64,000 bases of DNA from Centroscyllium fabricii (lineage: Eukaryota). Positions 1 through 12,494 of this stretch are shown piece by piece. The stretch's first letter is position 1. Each line of letters starts with the position of its first letter. The translations under genes and the position numbers were made by a program. Where the stretch lies: the NCBI GenBank assembly GCA_051313645.2, contig JBNRSN020000005.1, positions 169,818,001-169,882,000 of the forward strand. Direction: 5' to 3'. The notes under the pieces are model-generated. The model searched no databases, was not told the DNA's origin, and saw only the letters and a program-made list of their open reading frames with translations.

Positions 1-230
1 CAAGTTCTACAGGGCTCTGTTCTCTTCAACTCTGGTCCTTCTTCATATCAATGACCACCTCCACTCATCATCCAACTCTATCCACACTTTTGCTGATGAT
101 TTCACTCTATATTCATCAACTTCCTAAAGAGGTCTCTATTCCTCTTAGTAGACAGGCTGAATTTTGATCTTGATTTCCTCATTTGATGGGGTGCTGAAAA
201 TCTTGTTTATTTCAATACTTCTCTAAAGGG
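1..230 (+). mobile_element. Old LINE reverse-transcriptase remnant
   Basis: Degenerate QGSVL...IND...TFADD..L...NLV.FN motifs. Confidence 0.4.
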
Positions 231-324
231 TGAAATTCCTCTTAAGAAGTGGGAGACTGTCATATTCCAAAATTAACAGTCGTCTAGCAAAATTACAACA
301 ATGCGCACCTGTGAAATGTACAAT

Positions 325-712
325 TTCAAGATTTGAGCACATAAAATTTAGATTGGCTCTTTAGTGCAGTACTGAGGAAATGCTGCATTATTGAAAATAT
401 CACCTTTATGATGAAATATAAACCAAAGCCTGGTTTACCGGTTTGGGTGAACGTTAAAAATCTCATGACACTATTTAGAAGCGCTGGGGAGTTCTCCGGA
501 TGTCTAGACCAACATTTATCTCACAACCAACGCTATGACCACAGATTTACTGGTCATTTATTTCACTGCTGTAAGTTGGAACTTGCTGTGTACAAACTGC
601 ATTTGCCTACATTACAACAGTGGTCTCACATCAAAAAGTAATAGTTTGTGAAGAGTTGTGGGACATTTGGACTGTGTGAATAGTGCTATATAAATGCAAA
701 TTATTCTTTCTG
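325..712 (+). mobile_element. SacSINE1/Deu-SINE-like element (5' truncated)
   Basis: gtgcagtactgagg..., ...cctacattacaacagt..., tail gctatataaatgcaa. Related copies at ~3580-3905(-), ~36685-36840(+), ~47205-47670(-), 60965-61865(-). Confidence 0.7.
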
Positions 713-864
713 TGCAACTTTGTCTTTAATTACATTCCCCTGTTCTTTGATAAAAGACGAGCATCGTCATAGTTTTGTCATGCCTCATGCAAATCCAACC
801 AACAGATACCACCTCTTACCTCTGATGGCTCCACCTCGAGTCAGTTTTCAACTTTTTAAAATTT

Positions 865-1488
865 GTTTTATTGCCCATCCCCAATTGTCCTCGAGAAGGT
901 GGTGGTGAGTCAACTTCCTGAGCCGCTACAATATACTTCTTAGTCATGGTTTGGTACAACCGAGTGGCTTGCTGGGCCATTTCACAGGGAAGTTAAGAGT
1001 CAACTGCATTGCTGTGGGTCTGGAGTCACATATAGGCCACACTAGATAAGGACGGCAGATTTCCTAAAGGGTATCAGTGAACCAGATGGGTCACCACGAC
1101 TAGCTTTTTATTCCAAATTTATTTAATTAACGGAATTAAAATTCCCCAGCTACTGTGGATTTGAACTCGCGTCTCATGAATCATTAGTTCAGACCTCTGG
1201 ATTACTAGTCCCAGTAACATAACCACTCTGGATTACTAGTCCCAGTAACATAACCACTCTGGATTACTAGTCCCAGTAACATAACCACTCTGGATTACTA
1301 GTCCCAGTAACATAACCACTCTGGATTACTAGTCCCAGTAACATAACCACTCTGGATTACTAGTCCCAGTAACATAACCACTCTGGATTACTAGTCCCAG
1401 TAACATAACCACTCTGGATTACTAGTCCCAGTAACATAACCACTCTGGATTACTAGTCCCAGTAACATAACCACTATGCTACCGTACC
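865..1488 (-). mobile_element. tRNA-headed MetaSINE-like element
   Basis: Head ggtacggtagcatagtggttatg...gagttcaaatcc; core ggaaatctgccgtcctt...tgtgactccagacccacagcaatg; LINE-derived tail; homologous to 61021-61500. Confidence 0.75.
1195..1473. repeat. Perfect 31-bp minisatellite, 9 copies
   Basis: CTCTGGATTACTAGTCCCAGTAACATAACCA starting at 1195, 1226, ... 1443; no spacers. Confidence 0.95.
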
Positions 1489-1934
1489 TGGCCTAAACTG
1501 TTAACATTCTTACCCATACTATCTCTTCTCAGTTCAAATGGTACTGCCACATTTTTTCCCACTGTTAAAGCTGTCTTCAAGATCAGTTCTCTCTTGCAAG
1601 CCAAATTATTTATTTTCTTTTCTCTGCTCAGAAAAAGTTTGTCTGATAGGAGATTCCCCCTTCAACCTTTCTTGTCTCTCTCTCTCTCTATTTTAAGTGC
1701 TCCTCTAAATTGCTCTAAGCTGCAAATATGTTGTCTTACTCTCTCATCATCCTCCCTTAAATGAAATCAAGATCCATTTCTTCTCAGGACTTCAAATCTC
1801 ACTTCCCCTCAGTCTTTTATTCCTGTTAGAATCTTTAAGCTTTTAAAACTCAAGCTTGACTTTATCATCACTACTACTTACTTTTTCAACATAATGGACC
1901 TTGGTTCTTCAACCTTGGTTTCTCATCAAAACGA

Positions 1935-2285
1935 AATGGTGGCGCAGCAGGTAGCACTGCTGCCTCGCAGTAAGGAGCTCCTGGGTTCAAATCCTGCTTG
2001 GCCTGAGACCCCTCTGCGTGGAGTTTGCATGTTCTCCCAGTGTTTGTCTGAGTTTCCTCCGGGTACTCCGGTTTCCTCCCACCACCCAAAGACATGCAGG
2101 TTCGGTGAATTGGAGATACTAAAAATTGCCCACGAGTATGTATGTGAGATATAGTTCTTAGAGTTGGGGGATATGGGGCGAGGGTAGGAGGGGGCTGCTG
2201 GGTTTGGATGATCAGCCAGGATCTCATCAAAATGGCGGAACAGGCTCGAGGGGCCGAATGGCCTACTCCTATCTTCTGTGTTTCT
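1935..2285 (+). mobile_element. HE1/V-SINE-like element
   Basis: A box tggcgcagcagg, B box ggttcaaatcc, V core ggagtttgcatgttctccc...ggtttcctccc, CR1-type tail ggccgaatggcctactcct. Confidence 0.85.
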
Positions 2286-2677
2286 GCGTAAACTCAAACT
2301 CCTACTGCAATGTTTCTGTTGCAATCCATCTAAATTTATGATTTAGATTTTATTTTTAATGGAGTTTCTCCCCATTTTACTGAAGAATTTACAGAAATAA
2401 TATACAAATCCTGGCAGATATTGTAGTGAAAACATTGGCCAATATAACAAAAGGGCAGGAGGGAACTAAACTAAAGCTGAGTTAGGCAGTTTCCAATAAT
2501 GCTCCAACTGTATTCCCCAGTACCCAAAATCTATTTCTTCCCCTCCCATTTTCCAGTTGAAAACAGAAGCAGTAAAAGGAGATTCTGTCAGGGGCCATTA
2601 TGACAGGTGAAAATGGCAAATTGGATCTACATTTGAGCCATGCAAACAAAGCAAACATGCAAGAAAATAGAGGATAG

Positions 2678-2873
2678 TGGTCCACTTTAGAGACAACATT
2701 ATTGATAATCATGCCAGCTGATCCACAGAGTGGATTGCAGTTATCATGCTGTTGGTAAAAAGAATGCTTCATTATTTGCAGAAGCATTCCTTTTACCAAC
2801 AGCATGATAACTGCAATCCACTCTGTGGATCAGCTAGCATGATTATCAATAATGTTGTCTCTAAAGTGGACCA
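2678..2873. repeat. Near-perfect inverted repeat: 93-bp arms, 10-nt loop
   Basis: 2678-2770 is the reverse complement of 2781-2873 with two mismatches (2715/2836 and 2761/2790). Confidence 0.95.
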
Positions 2874-3949
2874 AATTCTAAGGAAATGAAGAAATTCCAG
2901 AATTGAAAATCCCAGGCAACAGGCCAATCTGGTGAATCAGCTGTAATTATAAGCTTTATTAATGGCTTTAAGAAAATAATGATGTCTAACCAGGATTGCC
3001 TGGTCAAGGTTGCAACTTGGGGTTTATCTTGTGGATTTTTAATTAGAACTGTAAAATCTTATTTGACTTTAACGAAAATAATTTCCTGCATAATATATCA
3101 TTTTCGACAATATCCAGATTTTATGGCTGTTTTTTCAATTTCATGAAGGCACCCAATTTCCTCACCTCGTGCTCCCAGGCTCTAATAATACTATTCTGAC
3201 TAACTGGAAAGCACCAAAGGCGGCCAGTCTTCCTCTTCAGGGGAGTTAACTGGCCTCTGCTAAACACTTCTTTCTGATAGGACAATCACAGGATCGCTGT
3301 GGGTAATTACAAGCATGAACCAATGTCCTACTATTTCCTGGCAGAGTGGGAATGCTACCAGTTAAAACGAAGACTAGACATGTATTGGTTTTATATTCAA
3401 ATGTTGCTATTGATTAAATAGCTCTTTAACCACAATCCAATGTTCAGTAGCATTAAGATTTTAAGCAGCAATAGATGGAAAGTACAAAATGGAAGCCCAG
3501 TGTGTACTGGACCCACTGGAGGTCTAAAACAAAAGTTAAGGTGATAAATTGATTAAAAACCCACAAGATAAACTGCATGAACAAACTTGCTTTCATATAG
3601 TACCTTATTACATCTTGCAGGAATATCCCAAAGCACATCACATTCAATGAATTACAATGCAATGATCCTTCCTATGTAGGTAAATGTGGCAAAACTCCCT
3701 GCATTTCAAACAGCGCCATGGTGCTTTAGTGTTCACCGAAAGAGGCAGACGTCTTCTCTGAAGTACAGTACCTGGTGCAGTGCAGCAGTCCTTCAGAACT
3801 GCACTGAAGTGTACATCTATATTACATGCACAAGTCCTGGAGTGGGGTTTGAATTCTCAACCTTCTGGCTCGGGACAAAAGTGTTCCAACTGAGTCAAGC
3901 TGATACTTACAATTACATTGCATAAAACAGAATAGATCAGAAAATATTT

Positions 3950-4160
3950 GAGTGCTGAGTTTGCTGATATTGACCTGGGCAATAACTGAAACATCAAACT
4001 TACCCCCAGGATCCCTGACTGTGAAAATTAGCCAGAATCCCTGCTAGAAAATACATGTATACAAATGTCAGCTGAGGGCAGAATCAGGTCTGATTCTAAT
4101 GGCCTCTATGGCAAAACTCATGCTCTCAAAATGACCAATTGGGAAATGTACAGAGGGTTA
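3950..4160 (+). mobile_element. Degenerate LF-SINE-like fragment
   Basis: tgagtttgctgat...gaaaattagccagaatccctgct. Similar fragments at ~33615-34200, ~41530-41770(-), ~59970-60200. Confidence 0.45.
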
Positions 4161-4204
4161 TAGAGTCATAACGGCACAGGAGGCTGCCATTCGGCCCACT
4201 GAGT

Positions 4205-4906
4205 AGGTAATGGAGCACGTGCGGCCCTCAGAAGTGCTGGTTCCTGGCGTACACCACGCATGCGCACAGAACCAGCACTTCCGATACTGGGTCTGGAGGG
4301 GTCAGGAGCTCCAGCGTGTTGGCCTGCGCAGTTTTTAGCACAAGTTTTTTTCACGAAGTATTTAAATATTTACGGCTCCTTTTTTCAAGCGCAAGGAGTT
4401 TATTTTCATCTGGTAAGTTCTTATTTCATTCAATTTAAGCATTTTTTTCCCCCACAGGTTTTTCATTTTTAAAAACTTTAAAGACAGGTAAGTTGTTTTT
4501 TAGGCCCGTTAAAAACGTAAAAATATTTTTTCAAAATTTTAATTTTTTGTTTAAAAGAGATCATTTATGTTAGTGATATTTTAAAAAATGAGATTAATTT
4601 TTATTTTATTTTAATGTTTGGTGTGTTTTTGGGGCTCTTGCATTTCATAAGTTTGACAGCTCTGTCTGTCAAAGTTATGAATGGAGCATTCTTTGCTCCG
4701 ATTGGCTCCCCGCGGGCCACGTGATCCCGCGCGGAGCCTCGCACAATCTCCGACGCCGAGTTGCCCCAGCGCGGCGCGGGGGGCTTGCAGCTGGGCCTAG
4801 GATCGGGAGTTCAAGTCCCAGAAATGGAGAACGGCAGGTGCGCTCCATAAAAGTTAACTTAAGAGGTTTGCACTCGCGGCAAGCCTCCGATCATAATTTC
4901 TGGGCC
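4205..4906. mobile_element. Harbinger-like non-autonomous element (left end missing)
   Basis: Right end aagcctccga...aatttctgggcc+att is shared with 18433-19134 and, in reverse, with 15291-16052. Confidence 0.6.
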
Positions 4907-5172
4907 ATTATCTTCCTCTGCACACCAATTTCTATGATCCTCGTGATTCTTTTATTCTTTATTACAGGTACTTTCTATTTTGATTCAATTTTTCCCCCCC
5001 TCTCTCAAACATGTTGCTGTTTGCTGTGGCACAGGTCCAAGCTGTTTTAATTACTGTAGATAATTCCAAATATTTGTAAATAAGCTATGAGACATGACTG
5101 AATCGCAACTCTGGATTTACATTGTACATCTTGCTTCAGGCTGCACTGCAGCTATACAAAAAAAAAAAATCA

Positions 5173-5391
<219 letters not shown>

Positions 5392-5760
5392 TTAAATGAA
5401 CTAGATTGAATTCTAAATCGTAAAAGGCTTTTCTAATGCTGCATGCACTATAGTTACTACTCAGGACTTCAAAACATCCAGTGACATTTAGCTGTCATTT
5501 ACTTTTTTAATACCGAAATTAGGCAGTCCATTAGTATCTCTTTCCGAAGAATTCGCAGTTTTCAAATGGGTATCTCCAGCTGTTTCTCCATTTAGTGGAA
5601 CATGACTAAACAGATGTTAATTATGCTGACTTTTACAACCATCAGTCTAAAAAAAAATCAAACGACAAAACACTTATGAACGAAGCCTTTGCCTTGCTTC
5701 TTCCCCAATCGCATTACCCAAACAGAAAGGGCAGACAAGAAAGCCGCATATGCCCTACAC

Positions 5761-6168
5761 CAGGGGTCCCCAACCTTTTTGGGACCGCGGCGCTTGTCAA
5801 TTTTTTCACGGACCGGGGGGGGCGGGTGCTGGCGGAGTTTTTTTGACTGACGGGGGGGGGGGGGGGGTTGTGTGTGCTGGCGGAGTTTTTTTGGCTGACC
5901 AGGAGGGGGTGCTGGCGGAGTTTTTTTGGCTGACCGGGGGAGGGGGGTGCTGGCGGAGTTTTTTTCACTGACCAGGGGGGGGGGGGGGGGAGGTGCTGTC
6001 TTCCATCTGTGCCTCGTTAAACGTCTTCCGTCGGCGAATGATCTGCGCATGCGCCGATTCACAGACCCTTCCGCGGACCGTCGGCGAATGATCTGCGCAT
6101 GCGCCGATTCACAGACCCTTCTGCGGACCGGTAAAACTGTCCCACGGGCCGGCGGTTGGGGACCTCTG
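5761..6168. mobile_element. hAT (Charlie-like) MITE
   Basis: TIR CAGGGGTCCCCAACC / GGTTGGGGACCTCTG; perfect 8-bp TSD CCCTACAC at 5753-5760 and 6169-6176; internal G-rich repeats and a 50-bp tandem repeat. Confidence 0.9.
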
Positions 6169-6599
6169 CCCTACACCACCATCCGCTGGACGGAGTTCAC
6201 TCCTAAAACAACTGTCTTGCTACCTTCGTCTCCGCTTTCAAAAGTCGCCTTAAACCCCACCTCTATGATGTGCTTTCGGTCTTTGCCCCTTCTAATTGTC
6301 CATCTTTTCCTGCTTAGTATCCACATCTTTGCATCGGACATTTTATGGGAGGAACATTATATAAATGCAAGTCGCCATCAATGCTGGTTTCTAACTGGGT
6401 GTGAGGTTTCAAAAAGTAACGAGAGTCAACTGGCTCTTCAAATTTCAGTTCATTCCTGGGGAAAACATTGGGTCTACAGTACAGAACTTCATCAATGCCC
6501 TGGGATTGGCCAAAGTAGAACGGTAGGCATAAAATGATCTTATCATGTGTGTGTTAAAGTGCACGTTCATTTTATTTTGGCTAACAAATCACCTTTTAA

Positions 6600-6995
6600 A
6601 CATAGAAGATAGGAGCAGGAGTAGGCCACTCAGCCCCTCGAGCCTGGTCTGCCATTCAATGAGATCATGGCTGATCATCCAAACCCAGTACCCTGTCCGT
6701 GCCTTGTCCCCATATCCCTCAATCCCTAGCGAGCCTGCACCGACACATATACCACCCTATCACCGTAACCCCACATTTTCAATCCCCCTAACACTGAGGG
6801 TCAATTTATCCTGGCCAATCAACCTAACCCGCACATCTTTGGACTGTGGGAGGAAACCGGAGCACCCGGAGGAAACCCACGCAGACATGGGGAGAATGTG
6901 CAAACTCCACACAGATAGTACCCGAGGCCGGCTTTGAACCCGGGTCTCTAGTGCTGTAAGGCAACAGTGCTAACCACTATGCCACCGTACCGCCC
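6600..6995 (-). mobile_element. HE1/V-SINE-like element, full length
   Basis: Head gggcggtacggtggcatagtggttagcac, V core, CR1-type tail. Confidence 0.85.
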
Positions 6996-7168
6996 TTTTC
7001 AGTCTGAGTTACAGAGAGAAATGAGAATTCTATGGAACATATACGTTCAAAGAACAGAAAACATAGTTCTCTAAACAGATTGCATAAATCTAGGATAAAT
7101 GCTATTACGTTTACTTTTATGTTGATTGATTACTCCTCACTCATAGCACTGCAAGCCACAAGGTGATA

Positions 7169-7565
7169 CAGGTTGAGCACCGGTAATCCGGCACGGGCGG
7201 GACCAGGCCCGTGCCGGGAAAGTGAAAAAAACGGCAGAATGAAGTCGGTCAGTGCGCATGCGCGCACCATTCAAAATGGCCGCAACATTGGAAATGGCCG
7301 CGAACGTCTTCACCTTGGCGGGCGCTCGGGACTCGCACATTCAAAACGCGGCGCGAGCCGCCACGCCGACGCCACGGAAGGCCCGGCTCGTCCAGCGGCC
7401 GTTTTGAATGATCTGCGCATGCGCTCGCCGGCGCATGCGCAGATCATTCGCCGAAGCCGCGATTGCGGCTGCCATTTTGCGCATGCGCAGTGCAGTCGGG
7501 GCAATTTGTTCCGGCAGACTGAAGCTGCTGGCGTTTCGGGTCACGGATTTTCGGTGCACAACCTG
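7169..7565. mobile_element. Tc1/mariner (Tigger/pogo-like) MITE
   Basis: TA|CAGGTTGAGCACCG...CGGTGCACAACCTG|TA; GC-rich with several GCGCATGCGC motifs. Confidence 0.88.
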
Positions 7566-7732
7566 TATTTTGAACAGTTCTGTAACTATTAGAAAGTTAG
7601 ATTATATACTACTGTAACAAGGGTAAGACAGACGAAACTACTTCCAAACTCTCTCAGAAAAAGGTAATAAAATGGCATAACTAACTGAAGTGATAAAAGT
7701 GCATACTATATAGTTATACTGTACATTTGTAC

Positions 7733-9165
7733 CTCAAGTGCACCTTCAGTGCAGATGGCTGAGAAAACTTGGCATAGCATACAGTGCACTCGTAAGGTTT
7801 ATCTCCGGTGTGCGTCCTTTCATGGAGCCTCAAGGCAGTTTTGGAACTCAGTCCTTTGCCACATTGCAGGCATAAATGGCGTTCTCCACCGCCCTCATGA
7901 ACCTGAAGGTTATGCCGCTTCACGTCCTTTTTCCTTTTAAACCTTTTACCACAAAGCGAGCACGGGAAGCGGCGTTCTTCAACATGGACATGTCTTTGGT
8001 GGCTTTTTAAGTTGCACCGATTAGCAAATGTCTGGTTGCAGGTTTCACAGAGGTAAATGATTTCCGGTGTGATACCATGATTCTGCTCTATGTGTTTCAA
8101 GTAGCTTTTCTCATACTGAAAATCTTTCTCACATTTGTTACACTTGAAGTTGCCACCTCGTCTCTTCTTCTCATTCTCATCGGGGGTCTTTTTAGTATCC
8201 TCATCCAATTTAAAATCACTATCACTTTCTGCTGCTGCTGCTGCTTCTTCCTCGTTTTCATCACCATCCCCCTCCATCATCTCATCTGGCTCTTCAACAA
8301 TTTCTGTACTTGTTTCCTTCTTGACTTGTTCTTCAGTATCTTGGTTATCTTCTACAGAGGTCAGTTTTCCAGATTCCTCTTCCAAATCTTGATCAACCTT
8401 CTCTTGCTCTCGAAGCTTACGTGTATATTTCTTTTTGGGGATTTCCAAAAAGACTTTTCGTCCTGCCAACCTTCCACTGGCTCGCTTGGCCTTTACACTT
8501 AAAGGTTTCCCCACTTTCTTTTCCTTTTCTGACTTTTCCCATCCTTTGGCTCTGGTGGTTGCCGGCACTGCTTTAGAAGCGCTCTCATGAACTTTCTCTT
8601 CATTTGAAACATCTCGCGCAGAGGTTACTTTGCGATTGTGTGCTGTTGAAGGAATCGCTGATGTGTTCGGAGAAGAAACTGAAATAGAATCACTGTCCGG
8701 TTTGTTGCCTTTAATTCCTTCTACTCCATGGGAATCAGCCAAATTGCCCAAATCCATCAGAGCTGACTCAAGTATCTGCGTTTTTACCTGACTGCAGACT
8801 TCTGCCAGTTCCCTGCACTTCAATTTCTCTGCAATCTCTTGTAATCTTTGTACCCTCTCAGCCTCAACCTCCACTTTTGCAGTATATACAAAATCCAGAA
8901 AAGAGGCAAAGTCTGCTGTGTAAATATCTTGCAAAGTAACAATAGTAATCTTAGTGTTCACCATTTCATTAAGGAATAGCTCCTTAAAGTAACTGCTGGC
9001 AGCAGCCAACACAGCTTTGTGAGCAACAAATTCCTCTTTGTTGCCCTGGTGCTCTATCTGCACAGTCACATCACAGAAGTAGCACAAGATGCGGAGTTTG
9101 TGCATCTCATCCAACAGGCTTTTAGGGGCTGTCTTTGACTCCAGTACAACTTGATTGCTTACCAT
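7733..9165 (-). CDS. GZF1: GZF1 (ZBTB23) first coding exon: BTB/POZ domain, basic and acidic linker, ZF1-5 (ZF5 completed in next exon)
   Basis: Translation MVSNQVVLESKTAPKSLLDEMHKLRILCYFCDVTV..., KRASGRLAGRKVFLEIPKKKYTRKLRE and CETCNQTFANRCNLKSHQRHVH...KRFKRKKDVKRHNLQVHEGGGERH match recalled vertebrate GZF1. Acceptor ttgcag|G with exon start at 9187, ATG at 9165, donor AG|gtacaa at 7733 (phase 2). Confidence 0.95.
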
Positions 9166-9344
9166 CTTCCTTTATTTTGTTCAATGCCTGCAACATAAAA
9201 ATTTATACAAAGTCAAGCTCAACAATTATGTTCATGGCTTGTTACAAATTCTGAATTTAGATGGCAAATGACCAATATTATTAAAAATGGATGAAATAAA
9301 TACAATTTTTTTAAAGTTTGGGAAAAAATGATTGAACTAGTATA

Positions 9345-9545
9345 TTGGGTTGCTGCTTTTCTAGATTTTTTAAGTGTTCTATCCCCGGGCTCCCTCCCGG
9401 GGAGTGTTCTACCCGCGCGCTCCGGGCCCCGGGGAGTGTTCTACCCGCGCGCAGGCTGCCCCCGTACCTTCAGTGGTTTGGAATTTTCAATGGTCCGGCA
9501 CCGGCCTGGTCCCGAGGGCGCCCGATTACCGGTGCTCAACCTGTA
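9345..9545. mobile_element. Partial Tigger/pogo-like MITE
   Basis: Ends ...ccgattaccggtgctcaacctg|ta, the same terminus as 7169; internal ccccggggagtgttctacccgcgcgc repeats. Confidence 0.7.
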
Positions 9546-10439
9546 TAAGGTCACTTTGGAATATTTATGTACACTAAAACTTTAATGCGCACAGTAATAT
9601 TTTATACTGTTTCTTCAGATTATCCTAATTTCATTTAACAGCCAGTCTAACTTTCTTAGAAAAAAATATCTGATCGTGCATATATTCATATTTAGATCAA
9701 TATATTTGTTGGTTATGACAATGAAAACATATTTCACATACCAGCCCTCTTATATAAAATTAGCTCACCATCAGTAGAACAGCTGTACACACACGAAAAC
9801 TATATAGGAATCAAACTTTTGTATTCATTTGTGACGCATCAAGAAACCTTTCTATAACTGCATGTGTCTGGACGCCTTTACTGTGGGCTCGGAATAAGTA
9901 TGTCCCAACTACAAAAAATAAAATCTATAAATTCTCCCTTCCTGGCCAAATTCTTTGGACCATTAACTCAAAAGGTATTGTACTAGAGATGTGCGAAAGA
10001 GCTGCCATTCTTGGGTTAATACCGATCAACAAAGAGCATTATTGTTAACCCATTACCAATGAGCACGATAATCTATTTGTTCAACATGGAGAGATTAATT
10101 TAGAACTAGATTGTTTAACAGACTACACTTTCTAATATTATGGGTGCACATTATCATATTGCCCCCGTGCCTTAAATTATGAATTCCCATGGAATAATGT
10201 AGGGCAATAGTTGCAATGTAGTAATTCAATCAAGGAGTTCCAAAGACATCAGACACTTTCGGGGTGAAGCACAACGCTGTTCTATGAAAATCAGCACAGG
10301 TTGACAACTGAACTAGTGTCTTCAGTTCCCTGCCAACTTACTCTTCATAACATACAGTACACAGATCAATCTTTTTTAAATAGGCTTTTTGACCATTGTT
10401 ATGCATCAGGCAAAATGAACGTGGAATCAGTTTCTACAT

Positions 10440-11250
10440 GCATTTCTCCACCACCTGACTCAACCTCTCCATTGCCTCTGCATTGTCAGACTGTTTGTCC
10501 AACATTCAGCCTTGGATGAGCTACAATCTCCTCCAGTTAAACATTGGGAAGACCGAAGCAATCGTATTCAGCCCCTCCCTCAAGCTGTGTACCCTTGCCA
10601 CCAAGTTCATCATCCTCCCCAGCCACTGTCTCAGGTTGAACCGGACTGTTTGCAATCTTGGTGCCCTATTCAACACCAAATTTGGCCTCTGCTCCCATAT
10701 CCTCTCCATTACAAAGAGTGCCTACTTCGACCTCCATAACATGGCTCGCCTCAGCCCACATGCTGCTAAAACTTTGATCCATGCCAGATTCAACAATTCC
10801 AAAGCTCCCTTGGCCGGCCACCTATCCTGCATAAACTTCAACTCATCCAAAACTCTGCTGCCCGTAATCCTATGAAACTAAATGATGCTCACCCATCACC
10901 CTTGTCTTTGCTGACCTATGCTGATTTCCAGTCTTCAAACACCTTCAATTTTACATTTTTATCCTCGTGCTTAAATCCCTTCATCGCCTCTCTCTATCCT
11001 ATATCTGTAACTTCCTCCAGGTATTCCTCCACCCCCACAGAACTCTGTTATTCTGACTCTAGGCCCTATGCTCTGGAATTTCCTCCCTAAACCTGTCCAC
11101 CTCCCTCTCCTTCTTAAGCTTTCACCATGCTTTTGATCAGCCCTAATATCGCCTCCTTAGGTTCGGCATCCATTTTTGTCTGCCTAAACTTCTATGCAGC
11201 GCCTTGGAGTGTTTTTCGAATTTAAAGGCACTATGTAAAAAGCAAGTTGC
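10440..11250 (+). mobile_element. L2 LINE 3' fragment
   Basis: LSDCLSNIQPWMSYNLLQLNIGKTEAIVF...; tail aaaggcactatgtaaaagcaagttg. Confidence 0.8.
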
Positions 11251-12193
11251 TGTCGTTGACACCGTTGGCATGACATTAGTGAAAGATTATTAAAGACTGT
11301 AGTCCTGCAAGCCCATTCAATAATGCAACTCAGTTTGTTTATGCAGCAATAATCAAAATGATACACACTTACTGTGAGGTTTAGTATGCCAGAGTCAATT
11401 TTGTCATGAATGTCAAGATGATCCCCATTCTGTATTTGAGGTACAATTGCAAATCAAGTGTAGATTAAATTTTGCCGATGTTTCCAACCTTAATAAGAAC
11501 AGTGTAATTGTTGAGAAGAGCAATTAGTAAAAGCCACATTCACCCAATTCTGATCTGAAGAATATCGGTGTCATTTAAGTGCTTACATTAAGAAAGCTGC
11601 AGTCTTTGTTGGGAGGTCATGCACCTTATTTATATGGATGCTACCTTGTTTTCTCTTCATTAAGTTATTCTGTTTCTGCAGCAGAGTGGGCAGGGAAGCA
11701 GTTTGTATTCAAAATCTCAGAGTTGGCTGCTGGAAAAGTGCAAGTATGATTCAACGACCACCACCCCACCTGATTTACACTTTCTTTCCCATCTGTGAAA
11801 TAAACTCAATAATGTACCACTTTTTTTCCGATACACTTTAGTACCCAATATCACACAAGAGCACATACACTGTAAGGAACAGTGGAACTTTGCAAAAGTT
11901 GGCATCGGAATACCACTAGCTGAGAAAATACACTATATATTACAAAAAAAGATGCTTTATTCCAAACAAAGAACCTGGAGAATGTTGCTCACATGCTAAT
12001 ACCACTGAATAACTTCAAACTAATATCTGAATATTCATGCAAAATGCATTATGCCACATATAGTCATTAAAAATTAGCTTTGATTGATAAAACAGAACAT
12101 TGCTGCTGAGGTAAGGCCTCATCATCTTCAATCTTCCACAGTATCAGTTTTCCATTTCAAATTCTTGCTATGAACAATAATCTATAATCAATA

Positions 12194-12392
12194 GGGTTTC
12201 CTCCGGGTGCTCCAGTTTCCTCCCACAGTCCAAAGATGTGCGGGTTAGGTTGACTGGCTATGATAAATTGACCCTTAGTGTTAGCGGCATTAAATATGTG
12301 GGGTTACGGGGGGGGGGGATATGTGTCAGTGCAGGCTCGATGGGTCGAAATGGCCTCTATCTGCACTGTAGGGATTCTATGATTCTACTATG
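12194..12392 (+). mobile_element. 5'-truncated HE1/V-SINE-like element
   Basis: gggtttcctccgggtgctcc...cccacagtccaaagatgtgcgggttagg; (attctatg)n tail. Confidence 0.8.
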
Positions 12393-12494
12393 AATATAAA
12401 AGTAAAATACTGCGGATGCTGGAAATCTGAAATAAAAACAGAAAATGCTGGGAATACTCAGCAGGTCAGGCATCATCTGTGAAGAGAGAAACAA

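Noticed and set aside
1195-1473. CRISPR-like regular repeat
   Set aside because: Head-to-tail identical units with no spacers, no cas genes, eukaryotic context.
7137-7617. Clusters of short Ala/Arg-rich ORFs in GC-rich patches (also 4166-5050, 15272-16037, 18425-19155, 50029-50652)
   Set aside because: They fall inside TIR-bounded MITEs; GC content explains the lack of stops. Not host genes or host CpG-island promoters.
8077-8502. Plus-strand ORFs overlapping zinc-finger exons (also 43715-44463 and 58350-59166)
   Set aside because: Antisense shadows of acidic or low-complexity coding sequence; no independent features.
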